Made by a program: the position numbers and the translations under genes
Notes under the pieces: model-generated
What the model was told of the DNA's origin: nothing
Seen by the model: the letters and a program-made list of their open reading frames with translations, nothing else
Databases searched by the model: none
Shown here: in pieces, positions 63,080-64,000 of the stretch
How the letters are laid out: every line of letters begins with the position of its first letter
Numbering within the stretch: position 1 is the stretch's first letter
Source: Narcine bancroftii
Taxonomy: Eukaryota
DNA: 64,000 nt
Direction of reading: 5' to 3'
Assembly: GCF_036971445.1 (NCBI RefSeq)
Contig: NC_091469.1
Span: 397,296,001-397,360,000, forward strand

Positions 63080-64000
63080 TGATACAAGTATTTGTTGATA
63101 TTAGATATTAGAACTGTCTGTATTTATGTACTGTATGGATTAGCCCGCCCCCTACACCTGTGACTCCTCCCCTCAGAATCCCCATGAAAGCTGTTACGCA
63201 CAAACTCCTCCCTCTGTACCTGACTTGGAACCGGGCCAGCAACATGTGAGATGTGTTGATGTCTTATGGTGATTAAAGCCTATTAATCACAACTCTCAGT
63301 CTAATGTGGTTGATCAATTTAATCACCATAATTTTTGTGCCATAGTCAAGGCAATAGGGAGGGAATAAACTAGACACTGACCCTAAAGATCTGGAGGCTT
63401 CCTTCAAAGTTGATCAATGACAACCCCTTCATGAGACACAACGTGTAGAGTGAGGAATATAAACAAGACCACTCAGGTCAGCCATCATGTGTTATCAGAT
63501 GATCGAGCACTGCAATACTTACTCAGCCACAATGGAACTCCTGTAAAGAGCATATAGGACTCTGACGAATGTCATCTATGCTAGGGACCTTCTGGGCAGT
63601 TGTAGACAACTGCCTGCTGAGTTCGTGGATGAATACATGTGGGTCCTGTGGGAGCTGGAGTGAACCTGCAACTGCAGAGATGTCTCTGCTGCTGTCCACT
63701 TAGAGGAACTGATACATGATGCATGTGTGGCTGGATACAAGTCTGATCACATCAGACGGACACTCCTAAAAAAGGGTGATCGGAGCCTGCAGAAAGTTGT
63801 TGACCTGGCAAAAACGCTTGAGACAGCACAGCTGCATCTGGAAGTTTTCTCCTCAGGAAACATGGCCGCCATGTGGGAGCCCTGTTGGAATGTGTGGCCC
63901 CAGGTCATGCCACCACCATCAAGTACCCAAAGGGCTACTTCCGCAGCCATGCTAAAAGGTGCCCATCCTGAAATGCCACATGTTCCACCTGCGGAAAGAA
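63080..64000 (+). mobile_element. Gypsy 5' LTR (ends 63316) plus decayed gag, running off the window
   Basis: NVIYARDLL, TCNCRDVSAAVH.EELIHDA.VAG.KSDHIRRTLL; same gag type as 33288 and 47831; LTR start uncertain. Confidence 0.8.

Overview
AT-rich vertebrate genomic DNA, almost certainly from a cartilaginous fish: the vimentin C-terminus is shark-type, and the repeats (V-SINE, CR1, Penelope, RTE) fit. The window looks like a large intron or gene desert and I find no intact host protein-coding gene. Nearly every long ORF is a transposon remnant: CR1, RTE, Rex1-like and L1 LINEs, Penelope-like elements, Gypsy LTR elements and solo LTRs, a Tc1, a Tigger/pogo, hAT MITEs and a probable Chapaev3-like element, many of them nested. 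A 5'-truncated processed vimentin pseudogene (35619-36559) retains the conserved vimentin 3'UTR element. The most intriguing signal is in two different Gypsy families (47831-47917 and 63264-63331). They have no TGG tRNA primer-binding site, and the sequence directly after the 5' LTR is instead complementary (12-14 nt, different in each family) to the LTR segment carrying the poly(A) signal. This suggests tRNA-independent self-priming and/or occlusion of the 5' poly(A) site. Family names come from motif recognition only; no searches were run and boundaries of decayed repeats are approximate.
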